Assembly (NCBI GenBank): GCA_026710905.1
Contig: JAPOQD010000059.1
Location: 2,021-66,020 of the forward strand
From: Halieaceae bacterium
Lineage (GTDB): Bacteria; Pseudomonadota; Gammaproteobacteria; Pseudomonadales; Halieaceae
Direction of reading: 5' to 3'
DNA: 64,000 nt
Shown: positions 8,705 through 18,495 of the stretch, piece by piece
Numbering within the stretch: the stretch's first letter is position 1
Layout of the letters: each line of letters starts with the position of its first letter
The notes under the pieces: model-generated
Seen by the model: the letters and a program-made list of their open reading frames with translations, nothing else
What the model was told of the DNA's origin: nothing
Database searches by the model: none
Position numbers and translations under genes: made by a program

Positions 8705-9028
8705 ATGGTCAAGATGAAATATATTGAATTCAGTGGCGCCGAGCATGTAGTAGAGGTGAAACCTGGTACGAGCCTCATGGAGGCGGCGCGTATGAACAAT
8801 GTACCGGGTATCCTGGCCGACTGCGGGGGTGCCTGCGCCTGTGCTACCTGCCATGTCATGGTTGAGCCCGAATGGCGAGACCGTATTCCAGCGATTTCGG
8901 ACGAAGAAGAAGTCATGCTCGAATTCGGGCTGGAAGAGCGCACGGAGGGGAGCCGTTTGTCCTGCCAGATTCCGGCGACCGAGGAGTTGAACTTGATCGT
9001 GCTGCGATTGCCGGAATCTCAAACCTGA
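8705..9028 (+). CDS. [2Fe-2S] ferredoxin, adrenodoxin/putidaredoxin type
   Basis: MVKMKYIEFSGAEHVVEVKPGTSLMEAA...ADCGGACACATCHV...SRLSCQI. This Cys pattern is typical of P450-type ferredoxins. The ORF track start at 8672 is probably too long. Confidence 0.85.
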   Translation: MVKMKYIEFSGAEHVVEVKPGTSLMEAARMNNVPGILADCGGACACATCHVMVEPEWRDRIPAISDEEEVMLEFGLEERTEGSRLSCQIPATEELNLIVLRLPESQT

Positions 9029-9079
9029 GCCATGCGCCCTGAACGACTTTCATGAAAGGTAGTAGAAGGGATACTGATA

Positions 9080-9925
9080 ATGACAGGTAGTTTGAATGGC
9101 AAAGTCGCTATCGTTACCGGTGGCGCCTCCGGGATTGGCAAGGCCACCGTTGAACTGTTCGTGGCAGAGGGTGCTCGTGTTGTGATCGCGGACCTGCAGG
9201 AACAGCGGGGCGAAGCACTGGCATCTTCGCTGGGGGATACGGTGAGCTTCAAGCATACCAATGTCGCCCAGCCCGATAGCGTCGACGATGTCGTCAACTT
9301 CGCCGTCGACACCTATGGCGACCTGGACATCATGTACAACAATGCTGGAGTGAGCGGGGCGGAAGGCTCATCCTGTTTCCTGGACAACGACCTGGCCACC
9401 TTCGACAAGGTAATGGCCGTGGATTTGCTGGGTCCAATGCTTGGTGCAAGGGCTGCGGGAAGATACATGGTGGAGCAGGGCAAGGGCGTTATCCTGAATA
9501 CCGCCTCCATTGGCGGCAGCTACCCCGGTTACGGGGTGCCGGACTACCGGGCGGCGAAGGCGGGCGTTATCGCCTTCACCCGCTCGCTGGCCATTGAACT
9601 GGGGCCTTCCGGCGTGCGGGTCAACTCGATTTCGCCGGGTCCGACGAAAACCGAAATAATCGCAATGGATGTTGAAATGAACGAGGAGATCAAGGATAAG
9701 ATTCTCAACGCGTCCATTGATGCCATGATTGGCATGCAGGTTCTAAAGCAGGTTGGTGAAGCACGGGATATCGCCGAGGCGGCGTTGTTCCTCGCCAGCG
9801 ACAGGGCTCGACAGATCACCGGTATCGATCTGGTGGTGGACGCGGGTGCGTCACTGGGAGATACCGTGAATCGGCAGGCGGTCATGGAAGAGGCGTTCGC
9901 CGGGATACTGCAGGGCCAGGCCTGA
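9080..9925 (+). CDS. short-chain dehydrogenase/reductase (SDR)
   Basis: 281 aa. TGGASGIG, NNAG and YRAAK motifs. Confidence 0.9.
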   Translation: MTGSLNGKVAIVTGGASGIGKATVELFVAEGARVVIADLQEQRGEALASSLGDTVSFKHTNVAQPDSVDDVVNFAVDTYGDLDIMYNNAGVSGAEGSSCFLDNDLATFDKVMAVDLLGPMLGARAAGRYMVEQGKGVILNTASIGGSYPGYGVPDYRAAKAGVIAFTRSLAIELGPSGVRVNSISPGPTKTEIIAMDVEMNEEIKDKILNASIDAMIGMQVLKQVGEARDIAEAALFLASDRARQITGIDLVVDAGASLGDTVNRQAVMEEAFAGILQGQA

Positions 9926-9995
9926 TACACATCGCACCCGGAACTTACAGATTTTTTGTTGGGTGGCGATCAAATTTCTAATGGGAGTGTGATGA

Positions 9996-10871
9996 ATGCA
10001 AACGAGAACGATTACCTACTATAGCGATGGTGATGTGGTGGTCGGCGACCTGCACCTGCCGGACGACTTTGATGAACAGAAACAGTACCCGGTTATTCTG
10101 CAATGCCAGGGTTTTACCGGCATTCGCAAAATGGTGCAGCCGGTATTTGCTGAGTACTTCGTCAATGCCGGATTCCTGGCGCTCGCCATCGACTACCGCG
10201 GCTGGGGCGACAGCGGAGGTGAACGAGGCCGAATGGCGCCCTTCGAGCAGGTGGAGGACTGTCGCAACGGGTTTTCCTGGCTGGAGGCGCAACCCTTCGT
10301 TGACGACAATCGCATGGGCCAGTTCGGTGCCAGTTTCGGTGCATTGATCACCAGTTATACGATGGCCCTGGACAACCGCGTACAGGCTGGCGTGGCTACC
10401 GGTGGCGTCGCCGATGGTTACGAGGCCATTACCAACCAGCGCACCCCGGAACAGATGGCCGAGTGGGAAGCGAAAATGGCCGAGGCGCGGCGCAAGCGCG
10501 TTCTGACCAATGAGGTCGATCGCTGTTTGACTGTTCTTGATCTGTTCATTGATCCCGACAGCCGCTCATGGGAGCCGGAGATGTGGGAGGCCGTGCCCGC
10601 CTGGCACAACTGGATGGGTTTCGATTCCATGGCGCGGGTGGTGGATTTCCGGCCCATCGATGTGGCTCATCGTATCGATAATCCGATCGCCTACTTTCTC
10701 GCCGAGAAGGATATCGTGGGCGACCCGGACAGCTTTCGGGCACTGTACGAGGCCACCAAGGCCCCCAAGAAGCTCTACACTTATGACTGTGGCCACTACG
10801 ACTGGTACGAGGGTGAGTACCTTGACAAAACCATGAAGGATGCCAGTGAATTCTTTCTAGAGCACATTTAG
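9996..10871 (+). CDS. alpha/beta hydrolase
   Basis: 291 aa. Nucleophile elbow GASFG and a DYRGWGDSGG segment. Dienelactone-hydrolase-like architecture. Confidence 0.8.
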   Translation: MQTRTITYYSDGDVVVGDLHLPDDFDEQKQYPVILQCQGFTGIRKMVQPVFAEYFVNAGFLALAIDYRGWGDSGGERGRMAPFEQVEDCRNGFSWLEAQPFVDDNRMGQFGASFGALITSYTMALDNRVQAGVATGGVADGYEAITNQRTPEQMAEWEAKMAEARRKRVLTNEVDRCLTVLDLFIDPDSRSWEPEMWEAVPAWHNWMGFDSMARVVDFRPIDVAHRIDNPIAYFLAEKDIVGDPDSFRALYEATKAPKKLYTYDCGHYDWYEGEYLDKTMKDASEFFLEHI

Positions 10872-10889
10872 GCTTGGATACCAGGAGGA

Positions 10890-11315
10890 GTGGTGGTGAG
10901 TGAGCAACTGAGCAATGCGGAAATCACCCGCAAGGTCATCGACCTGGTTTCCAACTATGAATTCGACCAAATCGGCCCATATATTCACGAGGATATCGTG
11001 ATGGAGGCGCCTTACCAGGCGTTTTTCAATGGGCCCATGCGGCGTGGTAAGGACCTTTTCATGACGGGAATGGGTTTCGTTCCCGATGTTTTCAAGACAT
11101 TCGAGCTCAATATCCACGAGTTGTACGATTGCCCCGACCAGGATGTGGTCGTCTTCGAGCAGACCAGTATGGGTATCTTCGCCGCCAATGGCGGCGCCTA
11201 CCAGAACCGCTATATCATGGTGTTTGCTTTCCGGGATGGTCAAATCGTGCTTTGGCGGGAGTTTTTCAATCCCGAGATTATGAATGCCGGCATGCTGTTC
11301 ATGCTGGATGGATAG
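10890..11315 (+). CDS. NTF2/SnoaL-like (ketosteroid-isomerase-fold) protein
   Basis: 141 aa. AGGAGG SD. The C-terminal YQNRYIMVFAFRDGQIVLWREFFNP is shared with the paralog at 53511-53885 (YQNRYVFVFRFKGNKILRWREYLNP). Confidence 0.7.
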   Translation: MVVSEQLSNAEITRKVIDLVSNYEFDQIGPYIHEDIVMEAPYQAFFNGPMRRGKDLFMTGMGFVPDVFKTFELNIHELYDCPDQDVVVFEQTSMGIFAANGGAYQNRYIMVFAFRDGQIVLWREFFNPEIMNAGMLFMLDG

Positions 11316-11321
11316 CTCCTG

Positions 11322-12500
11322 GTGGCCGATGAGCTTCAGGACATACTGCAGGCGCATTTTTCAGCGCTCGAGGTTGCTGCCGATAATTTCTGCCTGAATT
11401 GGCCGGATGACGACGGTGAACGGCAGCTCCTCGAGGGCTTCAGACAGACGATACGGTTGGCGGGCGCCGGCCACCTGCTGCACCTTGAGGCGGAACCGGC
11501 CAACCCGCTGCTGATCAAGATGCAATCGCTGCTGCGACAGATGATGCTGCCCTCTGTGGACGCGGTCTACCACCACGCGCGGCTGCACGGTGACTACAGC
11601 TATCGCTTGCACGGCAATCGGGGGACGGCGCATGTCTTCCAGGTCGCAATCTACCAGGGCAGCAGTGCCAGGTACCCGGATTTTCAGCTCACTTATGATC
11701 TGGACAGTATTGACAGTGAATTGCTCGCAGCCGGGGAAGACATCGACTTCATCCTGAGTGCCGGCCCGAGGTCCGATCTGGGGGATCGCTGGATACCCAT
11801 ACCGGCGGCAGACAGCGAAATTCACATCAGGCAGTATTACTACGACTGGGATACGGAGCAACCAGGTAGCCTGATGATCGAGCGCGAGGGCTGCACGTAT
11901 CCTACCGCAACGACAGCTCCGGCGGACTTCCGGGACCGGATCGACCGGCTTAACAGTTGGATCGTGAACCAGTCGAATCTCGCCAGACAATATGTTCAAT
12001 CGTTCCTCGATGCCGATTCGGCCCACCTGCCGGCAATTTCCATTCCCGGCGCCTTCGAGGGCACCCGCTACCTGAACGGTCACTACCGTTGCGGGCCGGA
12101 TGAGGCAGTTATCCTGGAAGCACCTGTTCCCGATGCGCTGTACTGGGGATTTCAACTCAGCAACCTGTCCTGGGAAGCGCTGGATTACTACCAGCGCCAG
12201 ACATCTCTAAACGGCCACCAGGCATTGGTCGACGAGGACGGTGTGTTTCGGGCGGTAATCAGTCACCAGGACCCGGGTATTGCCAATTGGCTCGATGCAG
12301 GGGGCCGCACCCTGGGCCTGATATCGGGTCGCTACTTCAAGGCGCACACGGTCGAAGACCCACGCTTGAAACGGGTACCCCTCGCCGAACTCTCCGCGCA
12401 CCTGCCCGCCGCTACTGCCAGGGTGACACCCCGGCAGCGCTCGGATCAGTTGCGACAACGCCTGTGGTCAGCCCATCGACGTCAGTGCAGCGACCAGTGA
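11322..12500 (+). CDS. hypothetical protein (resembles DUF1214-type proteins from memory)
   Basis: 392-aa ORF, coding-like and tightly packed behind the previous gene. The YHHARLHGDYSYRLHGNRGTAHVFQVAIY...IHIRQYYYDWDTE pattern recalls the DUF1214 family. The family call is low confidence. Confidence 0.55.
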   Translation: MADELQDILQAHFSALEVAADNFCLNWPDDDGERQLLEGFRQTIRLAGAGHLLHLEAEPANPLLIKMQSLLRQMMLPSVDAVYHHARLHGDYSYRLHGNRGTAHVFQVAIYQGSSARYPDFQLTYDLDSIDSELLAAGEDIDFILSAGPRSDLGDRWIPIPAADSEIHIRQYYYDWDTEQPGSLMIEREGCTYPTATTAPADFRDRIDRLNSWIVNQSNLARQYVQSFLDADSAHLPAISIPGAFEGTRYLNGHYRCGPDEAVILEAPVPDALYWGFQLSNLSWEALDYYQRQTSLNGHQALVDEDGVFRAVISHQDPGIANWLDAGGRTLGLISGRYFKAHTVEDPRLKRVPLAELSAHLPAATARVTPRQRSDQLRQRLWSAHRRQCSDQ

Positions 12501-12609
12501 TGACTGGTTTACGATTTAATCCGTAGTCAAAGGGCTGGGATCAATGTTCCAGGGGTTGACCAACGCGGGAGAATTGAGCGCCGTGCCGGGAAAGCCCGGG
12601 GGATAGAAA

Positions 12610-13146
12610 ATGCCAATGGAAGCCAATCAGACCATCGTTCAGAATGCCTACGTGGTTACCGATATCCACCAGGCCATAGAGCACTGGCACCGAACTCTGG
12701 GTGTCGGGCCCTTTTACCTGGTGGAAAATGCACCGCTGCAGACGGTGTACCGGGGTCAACCGGTCACCCTGGAGCTTTCGGTGGCGATGGTGCAGTCAGG
12801 CGAGCTCAATATCGAGTTGATCCAGCAGCTGAACGACGTACCCTCCACCTACCGTGAAGTCTACCCGGCGGGATCGGGGGGCTTTCATCACGTCTGCATC
12901 ATTGCGGATGATTATGATGGGGAAGTGGAACGGTACCGGGTACAGGGGTTTGAGTCCTCCCTCGAGGCCGATATGGGCGGCTATCGCGGCATTTACCTGG
13001 ATGCGCGGGACGCCATCGGTTGCCATATCGAAGTGGTAGAAGACGGCCCCGGCATTCGAGGTACCTATGAAAAGATTCGTCGCGGGGCGGCAGAATGGGA
13101 TGGGTCCCGCTTGATTCGCCCGCTTTACCCCTTGCAGGAGGAGTGA
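12610..13146 (+). CDS. VOC (glyoxalase/extradiol dioxygenase) family protein
   Basis: 178 aa. Pattern VVTDIHQAIEHW...LGVGPF...IELIQ...GGFHHVCI. Confidence 0.75.
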   Translation: MPMEANQTIVQNAYVVTDIHQAIEHWHRTLGVGPFYLVENAPLQTVYRGQPVTLELSVAMVQSGELNIELIQQLNDVPSTYREVYPAGSGGFHHVCIIADDYDGEVERYRVQGFESSLEADMGGYRGIYLDARDAIGCHIEVVEDGPGIRGTYEKIRRGAAEWDGSRLIRPLYPLQEE

Positions 13147-13158
13147 GTGCACGCATAA

Positions 13159-13345
13159 GAAGTTGTGCGCCAGTTCTGCAGCAGGGTCTCCCTTAGAGAC
13201 CCCACGGCAATAGCCAGTCTCCTGCACGATGATATTGAGTTCATGAACGTGGGGCTGGACAATAGACTGATGCCATAATGATCGTCGATCAGTCGGTCCT
13301 CACCGGCCGCAATGATGCAGTTCTTGCTCACGGCAAAAATTGTCT
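13159..13345 (+). pseudogene. SnoaL-like gene remnant
   Basis: A 39-codon frame, EVVRQFCSRVSLRDPTAIASLLHDDIEFMNVGLDNRLMP*, is a typical SnoaL N-terminus. A shifted frame continues MIVDQSVLTGRNDAVLAHGKN and then runs into the ferredoxin promoter. Confidence 0.4.
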
Positions 13346-13351
13346 ATATAA

Positions 13352-13365
13352 TAGACTGGTGTCTA
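13352..13365. promoter_or_regulatory. candidate TetR-type operator, TAGACTGGTGTCTA
   Basis: Near-perfect palindrome, preceded by TGTCTATATAATAGAC (13341-13356), which adds another half-site and a TATAAT box. Lies 54 nt upstream of ferredoxin 2. Confidence 0.55.
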
Positions 13366-13418
13366 TTGTTTGCTTTGGTTCCCGACACCACTGACCTTAA
13401 TCCATCGGAGTTCTATCA

Positions 13419-13712
13419 TTGAGCAGTGATCAGGTCGTACCGGAGTCGGTTGTATTCTGTCGTGGCCGTGCGAAAACCCGGGTGGTGTATTATCGGGGGG
13501 AAACGCTATTGGAAACCGCCCGACGGTCTAATATCTCACTGTCGTCAAGTTGCGAAAACGGTGATTGCGGTACCTGCATGGTCGAACTGCTGAAGGGCCA
13601 GGTTTACATGCGGCAGAACAATGCACTGGATGAAACGGATCTTGAGCAGGGCAGTGTACTCGCTTGTCAGGCGGTACCCGTTTCCGACTCCATTGAGGTA
13701 GAAATCTACTGA
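13419..13712 (+). CDS. [2Fe-2S] ferredoxin, plant/oxygenase-reductase type
   Basis: 97 aa with a TTG start per the ORF track. Cluster motif SSCENGDCGTCMVELL...VLACQA. Confidence 0.8.
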   Translation: MSSDQVVPESVVFCRGRAKTRVVYYRGETLLETARRSNISLSSSCENGDCGTCMVELLKGQVYMRQNNALDETDLEQGSVLACQAVPVSDSIEVEIY

Positions 13713-13797
13713 ATGACACAGCGAATAATCCGCTGTATCAGGTCGATCTGGTACGGCTGAGCGCTCGTTGGGCCGCACTTATTCGGCATGCAGGGGC

Positions 13798-14388
13798 TCA
13801 GGCTGTTCTGTTGAACAGCGCGTAGTAGCCAAGTTTCGCCAGGGAGTCCAGGACCGCTGGCCCGGGTTTGTTCAAGCTGACGCATATCGTCGTATAGAAA
13901 TACCGTTCGAACTGCATCAGGAACATTACCGCCCGGGAGGCACCGTCTTCCCGCTCCGTTGCCTTGAAGCGGTTGAGGTACGGGGTCAGGAACCCGAGCT
14001 TCTGATCGTAGGCGACCTTGGCGTAGCGTGGCTCGGTGAGCTGGGCGTACATGATAGCGCCATAGACTTCCCGATTATCTACCCACAACTGAGCCAGGAA
14101 ATCGATCCAGCGGCGGAACTCGACGTAATCTGGTTCGATCATGTTATTGATGCGCTCGAATACTGCGTCACCGCTGGGAACGAGTTGTTCATGGGCGGCC
14201 AGGAGCAGGTCAACCTTGTCCTTGAAATGCAGGTAGAACGTAGATCGATTGGCACCGGCATTGCGCGTGATCATGTCGATGGTAGCGTTTTCGAAGCCGA
14301 CCTCCTTGAACTCTTCCAGGGCTGCGTTGATAAAGCGGGCGCGGGTGAATTCCCTTTGCTGGTTGCGGAGTGACCCTGTGGTTTCCAT
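13798..14388 (-). CDS. TetR/AcrR family transcriptional regulator (paralog B)
   Basis: 196 aa. The HTH FTRARFINAALEEFKEVGFENATIDMITRNAGANRSTFYLHFKDKVDL is almost superimposable on paralog A. Confidence 0.9.
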   Translation of the reverse strand: METTGSLRNQQREFTRARFINAALEEFKEVGFENATIDMITRNAGANRSTFYLHFKDKVDLLLAAHEQLVPSGDAVFERINNMIEPDYVEFRRWIDFLAQLWVDNREVYGAIMYAQLTEPRYAKVAYDQKLGFLTPYLNRFKATEREDGASRAVMFLMQFERYFYTTICVSLNKPGPAVLDSLAKLGYYALFNRTA

Positions 14389-14457
14389 ATGTGCCCCCTT
14401 GCCTGGAGCGGTCGTCTTGTTGCTCTCAAGGCTTTAGTGTAACATGAATCTTTAAAA

Positions 14458-14471
14458 ACAACATATGTCTA
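14458..14471 (-). promoter_or_regulatory. candidate TetR-type operator, plus-strand ACAACATATGTCTA
   Basis: In the 99-nt divergent region between TetR paralog B (start 14388) and the SDR at 14488. Confidence 0.6.
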
Positions 14472-14487
14472 TTTGGAGGTCGGGTGA

Positions 14488-15321
14488 ATGGCGAAGTTTC
14501 TCGATGGCAAGGTAGCGGTGATCACAGGTGCCGCACGTGGCATGGGCGAGGCGACTGCGAGGCGCTTTGTTGAAGAGGGCGCTCGGGTGGTGCTGGCGGA
14601 CGTGCTGGACGAGCAGGGGGAGGCTGTGGCGCAGAGTCTGGGTAGCGCGGCGCAGTTCCGCCACACCGACGTAACACAGCCCGGTGAGGTGCAGTCGCTG
14701 GTGGATGCGGCGGTGGAGACCTTTGGCGGCCTGGACATTATGTTCAGTAACGCCGGCACTATGGGCACTATGCAACCGAACTTCCTGGAGGAGGACTTTC
14801 ATTCCTTCCAGAAAACCGTGGAGATCAACCTGCTGGGCCCGCTGCTGGGCGCCAGCTGCGCGGGCCGTTACATGGCGCGCAGCGGCGGCGGTAGTATTCT
14901 CACTACCGCGTCCAGTTCCTCGCTGTATGGTGGCTACGGCATCATTCCATACCGCGCTACCAAGGCAGGAGTGGTGGGTATGACCAAGTCGCTGGCGGTT
15001 GAGTTGGGCAAGTACGGCATTCGGGTGAATTGCATTTCGCCTGGGCCCACCCGCACCCCCATGACGGCGGCGATGGAGGGCGTACCCGAAGATCGGCTAG
15101 AGGAACTGGCGGATATTGCGATGGAATGTATGCGCGGCAGAATGCCCCTGGGGCGGCTGGGGATGCCGGAGGATATTGCCAATGCGGCCGTGTTCCTGGC
15201 CAGTGACCTAGCGGCCCAGATCACGGGCGTGGATCTCGCGGTTGATGGCGGCGAAACCCTGGGGAATATGGAAAATACCGCGGAAGTCATTCAACAGCGC
15301 ATAATGGAGGTCTTGGGTTGA
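14488..15321 (+). CDS. short-chain dehydrogenase/reductase (SDR)
   Basis: 277 aa. TGAARGMG, SNAG and YRATK motifs. Confidence 0.9.
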   Translation: MAKFLDGKVAVITGAARGMGEATARRFVEEGARVVLADVLDEQGEAVAQSLGSAAQFRHTDVTQPGEVQSLVDAAVETFGGLDIMFSNAGTMGTMQPNFLEEDFHSFQKTVEINLLGPLLGASCAGRYMARSGGGSILTTASSSSLYGGYGIIPYRATKAGVVGMTKSLAVELGKYGIRVNCISPGPTRTPMTAAMEGVPEDRLEELADIAMECMRGRMPLGRLGMPEDIANAAVFLASDLAAQITGVDLAVDGGETLGNMENTAEVIQQRIMEVLG

Positions 15322-15349
15322 TCACCGAAATACTGCGGAGATACCCGGC

Positions 15350-16162
15350 GTGGGTATATTGAGTGACAAAGTCGCAATCGTCACGGGCGGAGCGTCCGGC
15401 ATCGGCCGGGCCACTGCCCTGAAGATGGCCGCTGAAGGAGCCTCGGTCGTTATAGGCGATATCAATAGCGAGGGTTCTGACACGGTGGTGGACGCGATTT
15501 CCGGTGCTGGGGGCATCGCGTCGTCTGTGCCTACCGATGTCTCCAGGCCCGATCAGGTTGAGCACCTGATCCGCGAGGCAGTTTCCCGCTACGGCAAACT
15601 GCATGTGCTGTGCAATAACGCCGCAGATCTGTCTCTCCTGCAGTACGACGGGGACTTCCTACAAACCGACATCGACACCTGGGACCGGACCTACGCGGCC
15701 GATCTTCGCTCAGTAATGGTGGCCTGTAAGTACGCGCTGCCGCATTTGCTGGAGAGCGGGGGCGCCATCGTCAATGTTTCATCGGTGGACGGCATATCGG
15801 GCGACAACACCCGTTTTGCCTATGCGGCGGCCAAGGCCGGGATCAATATCCTCACCCAGTGTACGGCCACCACCTATGGTCAGCAGGGTGTTTGCTGTAA
15901 CGCTGTACTGCCCGGGCTGGTGCTGTCGCCAGGGGCACTGGAGACATTCTCCCGTGAACCGGAAATCAAGGCGGCCTTTGAAGACAACGTGCTGACCCCG
16001 CACCTGGGCACACCGGAAGAAGTGGCCGCGGTGATCGTGTTTCTCGCCAGCGAGGCCGCGTCTTATATCAACGGGCAGTTGATTCAGGTGGACGGTGGCT
16101 TATTGAGCCACGTGCCCCACCTGGCCCAGGTCGGCCACCATTTCGCCAAGCTGGGAGAGTAA
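15350..16162 (+). CDS. short-chain dehydrogenase/reductase (SDR)
   Basis: 270 aa with a GTG start. TGGASGIG, NNAA and YAAAK motifs. Confidence 0.9.
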   Translation: MGILSDKVAIVTGGASGIGRATALKMAAEGASVVIGDINSEGSDTVVDAISGAGGIASSVPTDVSRPDQVEHLIREAVSRYGKLHVLCNNAADLSLLQYDGDFLQTDIDTWDRTYAADLRSVMVACKYALPHLLESGGAIVNVSSVDGISGDNTRFAYAAAKAGINILTQCTATTYGQQGVCCNAVLPGLVLSPGALETFSREPEIKAAFEDNVLTPHLGTPEEVAAVIVFLASEAASYINGQLIQVDGGLLSHVPHLAQVGHHFAKLGE

Positions 16163-16245
16163 ATACGGGGGCAGTTTACGTAATTCCAACTCGATCTCAG
16201 TCGACTTCAGACTCTCAGTGGAATCAGGTAAATTGCCCCCGAATT

Positions 16246-17508
16246 TTAACTCGCAACCCGGAACCGGACCGGCAGACTGGCAGGGCCCCGCAGCATCAGG
16301 GTTGCATCCAGCTCCAGGTCCTCGGGATTGCCGCTAAGCTCGAGACTGTCGAACCGCTCCAGTAGTTCACGGAATGCGCATTTCATTTCCATACGTGCCA
16401 GCATATTGCCCACACAGCGGTGAATCCCGGCGCCGAAAGCGGCGTGCGTTCCTGCATTCTTGCGCTCGAGATCGAACTGCCCGGCATTGGTAAACTTGTC
16501 TTCGTCGTAGTTTGCCGAACCCCAGCAGAGAAAGACGCTGGAGCCTTCGGGGATGGTCACTCCGCCAATTTCACACTCGCGCTTCGCGAATCGCGGCAAT
16601 TGGGGCACGACGGTCTGATGGCGCAGGGTTTCTTCCACGAATCGCTGAATCAATTTGCCCCCGTCAGGAGCGAATTTCAATCGCTGAAACATTTCGGGAT
16701 TGCTGGCGAGGTGGTATAAACCCCAGGCGATCCCGTTGCGGGTGGTATCCACGCCACCGGCCACAACAACCAGGCACATGGGCATCAGCTCTTCCGGGGT
16801 CAGATGTGGATTCTCGTCGTCTTCGATACGGGCATGCACCAGGTGAGAGATCAGGTCGTCTCCGGGATCTTTTCTGCGTGCCTCAATCGCATCCATGACA
16901 AAAGCCTGCAGCGCCATCACGTGGCGCGCATGCACATAGGCCTGTTCCCGGGTGATACCCATGGAAATCTGGGCTACCGCGGAATCTGCCCACTGGCCCA
17001 TCTCCTGTATACGATCGCGGGGAAAATTGAGCAGGTCGCAGACGGTCATGATGGGAATCGGCATGGCGTACTCGGCCAGCAGGTCTGCCTCGCCGCGGTG
17101 AACAAATGTTTCCATCGCATCCCGCGCGATACTGCGTATATGGTCTTCCATACCGGCCACCGTCTTTGCATCAAAGGCGCCGTTTAGCAGGCGCCGGCGG
17201 CGGGTGTGGAGTGGTGGGTCAACCTGGACGGTATTGCTGATGATGTGGGGCCCGTAACCCTCTTGCCGCATCATTTCATCGATCTCGTCCTGCCACTCCG
17301 GTCTGACAACCTGGTCGAAACCCAGAGCGTTGGATAACTCATCCGTCATGCGAGCCGCCTGTTGAATATCCTCGTAGCGGGTTACCAGCCAGGCCTGCAG
17401 GCCCTCGTCGAAATATACCGGGGCCTCCCGGCGCATCTTCTCGTAGTACTCGTAGGGGTAGTCCAGAACCGCCGGGTCCGTCAAGGAATAGCCTGAAAGC
17501 GAAGCCAT
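16246..17508 (-). CDS. cytochrome P450
   Basis: 420 aa. Heme-thiolate loop FGAGIHRCVGNMLA, I-helix AGGVDTT and ETLR (ExxR) motif. Confidence 0.92.
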   Translation of the reverse strand: MASLSGYSLTDPAVLDYPYEYYEKMRREAPVYFDEGLQAWLVTRYEDIQQAARMTDELSNALGFDQVVRPEWQDEIDEMMRQEGYGPHIISNTVQVDPPLHTRRRRLLNGAFDAKTVAGMEDHIRSIARDAMETFVHRGEADLLAEYAMPIPIMTVCDLLNFPRDRIQEMGQWADSAVAQISMGITREQAYVHARHVMALQAFVMDAIEARRKDPGDDLISHLVHARIEDDENPHLTPEELMPMCLVVVAGGVDTTRNGIAWGLYHLASNPEMFQRLKFAPDGGKLIQRFVEETLRHQTVVPQLPRFAKRECEIGGVTIPEGSSVFLCWGSANYDEDKFTNAGQFDLERKNAGTHAAFGAGIHRCVGNMLARMEMKCAFRELLERFDSLELSGNPEDLELDATLMLRGPASLPVRFRVAS

Positions 17509-17591
17509 GTTTTGTCTCTGACCTTGTCTGATGCAAAGCAGTATCTACAATTAGATATTGACATAAGCTCATGAGACATGCAAACATAAAA

Positions 17592-17605
17592 ACAACAAGT
17601 GTCTA
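17592..17605 (-). promoter_or_regulatory. candidate TetR-type operator, plus-strand ACAACAAGTGTCTA
   Basis: In the divergent region between the P450 (start 17508) and the enoyl-CoA hydratase (17636). Confidence 0.55.
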
Positions 17606-17635
17606 TGAAGCCATTGTGTTCTCAGGTCGCGGCGC

Positions 17636-18478
17636 GTGCACACTCAGGGCGAGAAGATACCGCTGGAGATACAGGTGGATTATTCGGGGTATTCCAACAT
17701 TGTCATCGAATTGCACGATGATGGCGTGCTACTGGCCACCCTCAACCGGCCGGAGCGCCTCAATGCACTCGATGCTGACCTGCTGGCAGAGATCAGCCAA
17801 CTGTGTTTGATGTTGGCCGATGACACTGCCGTAAAGGTAGTGGTTATCACCGGGGCCGGCCAGGCCTTCTCAGTGGGCGGCGATATCGACCTGATCGGGC
17901 AGTTCAACGAAGACCTTGAGCAGTCGGTCGAGTCCAGCGTGCACTACACGACGGTATTGCGGCGCCTGATGGACCTGAACAAGCCGGTAATTGCCGCCGT
18001 CAACGGCGATATCCTCGGTGGCGGTCTGGGCCTGGCCCTGATGTGCGATGTAATTTTCATGGCACGCGAGGCCAGGTTGATGTGCGCGTCCCAACTACAG
18101 ATTAACGCGCTGCCTGCACCGGATGTGTTTCTGTGGCCGGCACTGGGTGTCAGTGCGGCGAAGGCGAAGTATCACCTGTTCCAATCCAGCATAATCGACG
18201 CCGCCGAGGCGGATCAGATCGGGCTGGTCAGTGCGGTGACCGACGCTGCTTCGCTGATGGAGGAAGCGTTGGATTATGCGCATCAACTGGCAACTCGGGA
18301 TCCCCTGATGCTGAGCTGGACCAAGCGGGCAGTGAGCTACAACCTGCGCAGCGCCTCCCCCCTGCTGGACGAATGGCTTGCGCTGGAGGCCCTGTCCTTC
18401 GGCCGCGATTCGGTAAAAGATGGTTTGACGAATATGCGCAAGGTAATAGGGCGGGAGCCCGGAGACGATCACCGATGA
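17636..18478 (+). CDS. enoyl-CoA hydratase/isomerase (crotonase) family protein
   Basis: 280 aa. LATLNRPERLNALD...VVVITGAGQAFSVGGD...AAVNGDILGGGLGLAL. Confidence 0.85.
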   Translation: MHTQGEKIPLEIQVDYSGYSNIVIELHDDGVLLATLNRPERLNALDADLLAEISQLCLMLADDTAVKVVVITGAGQAFSVGGDIDLIGQFNEDLEQSVESSVHYTTVLRRLMDLNKPVIAAVNGDILGGGLGLALMCDVIFMAREARLMCASQLQINALPAPDVFLWPALGVSAAKAKYHLFQSSIIDAAEADQIGLVSAVTDAASLMEEALDYAHQLATRDPLMLSWTKRAVSYNLRSASPLLDEWLALEALSFGRDSVKDGLTNMRKVIGREPGDDHR

Positions 18479-18495
18479 TAGTGGAGGAATCCTGA

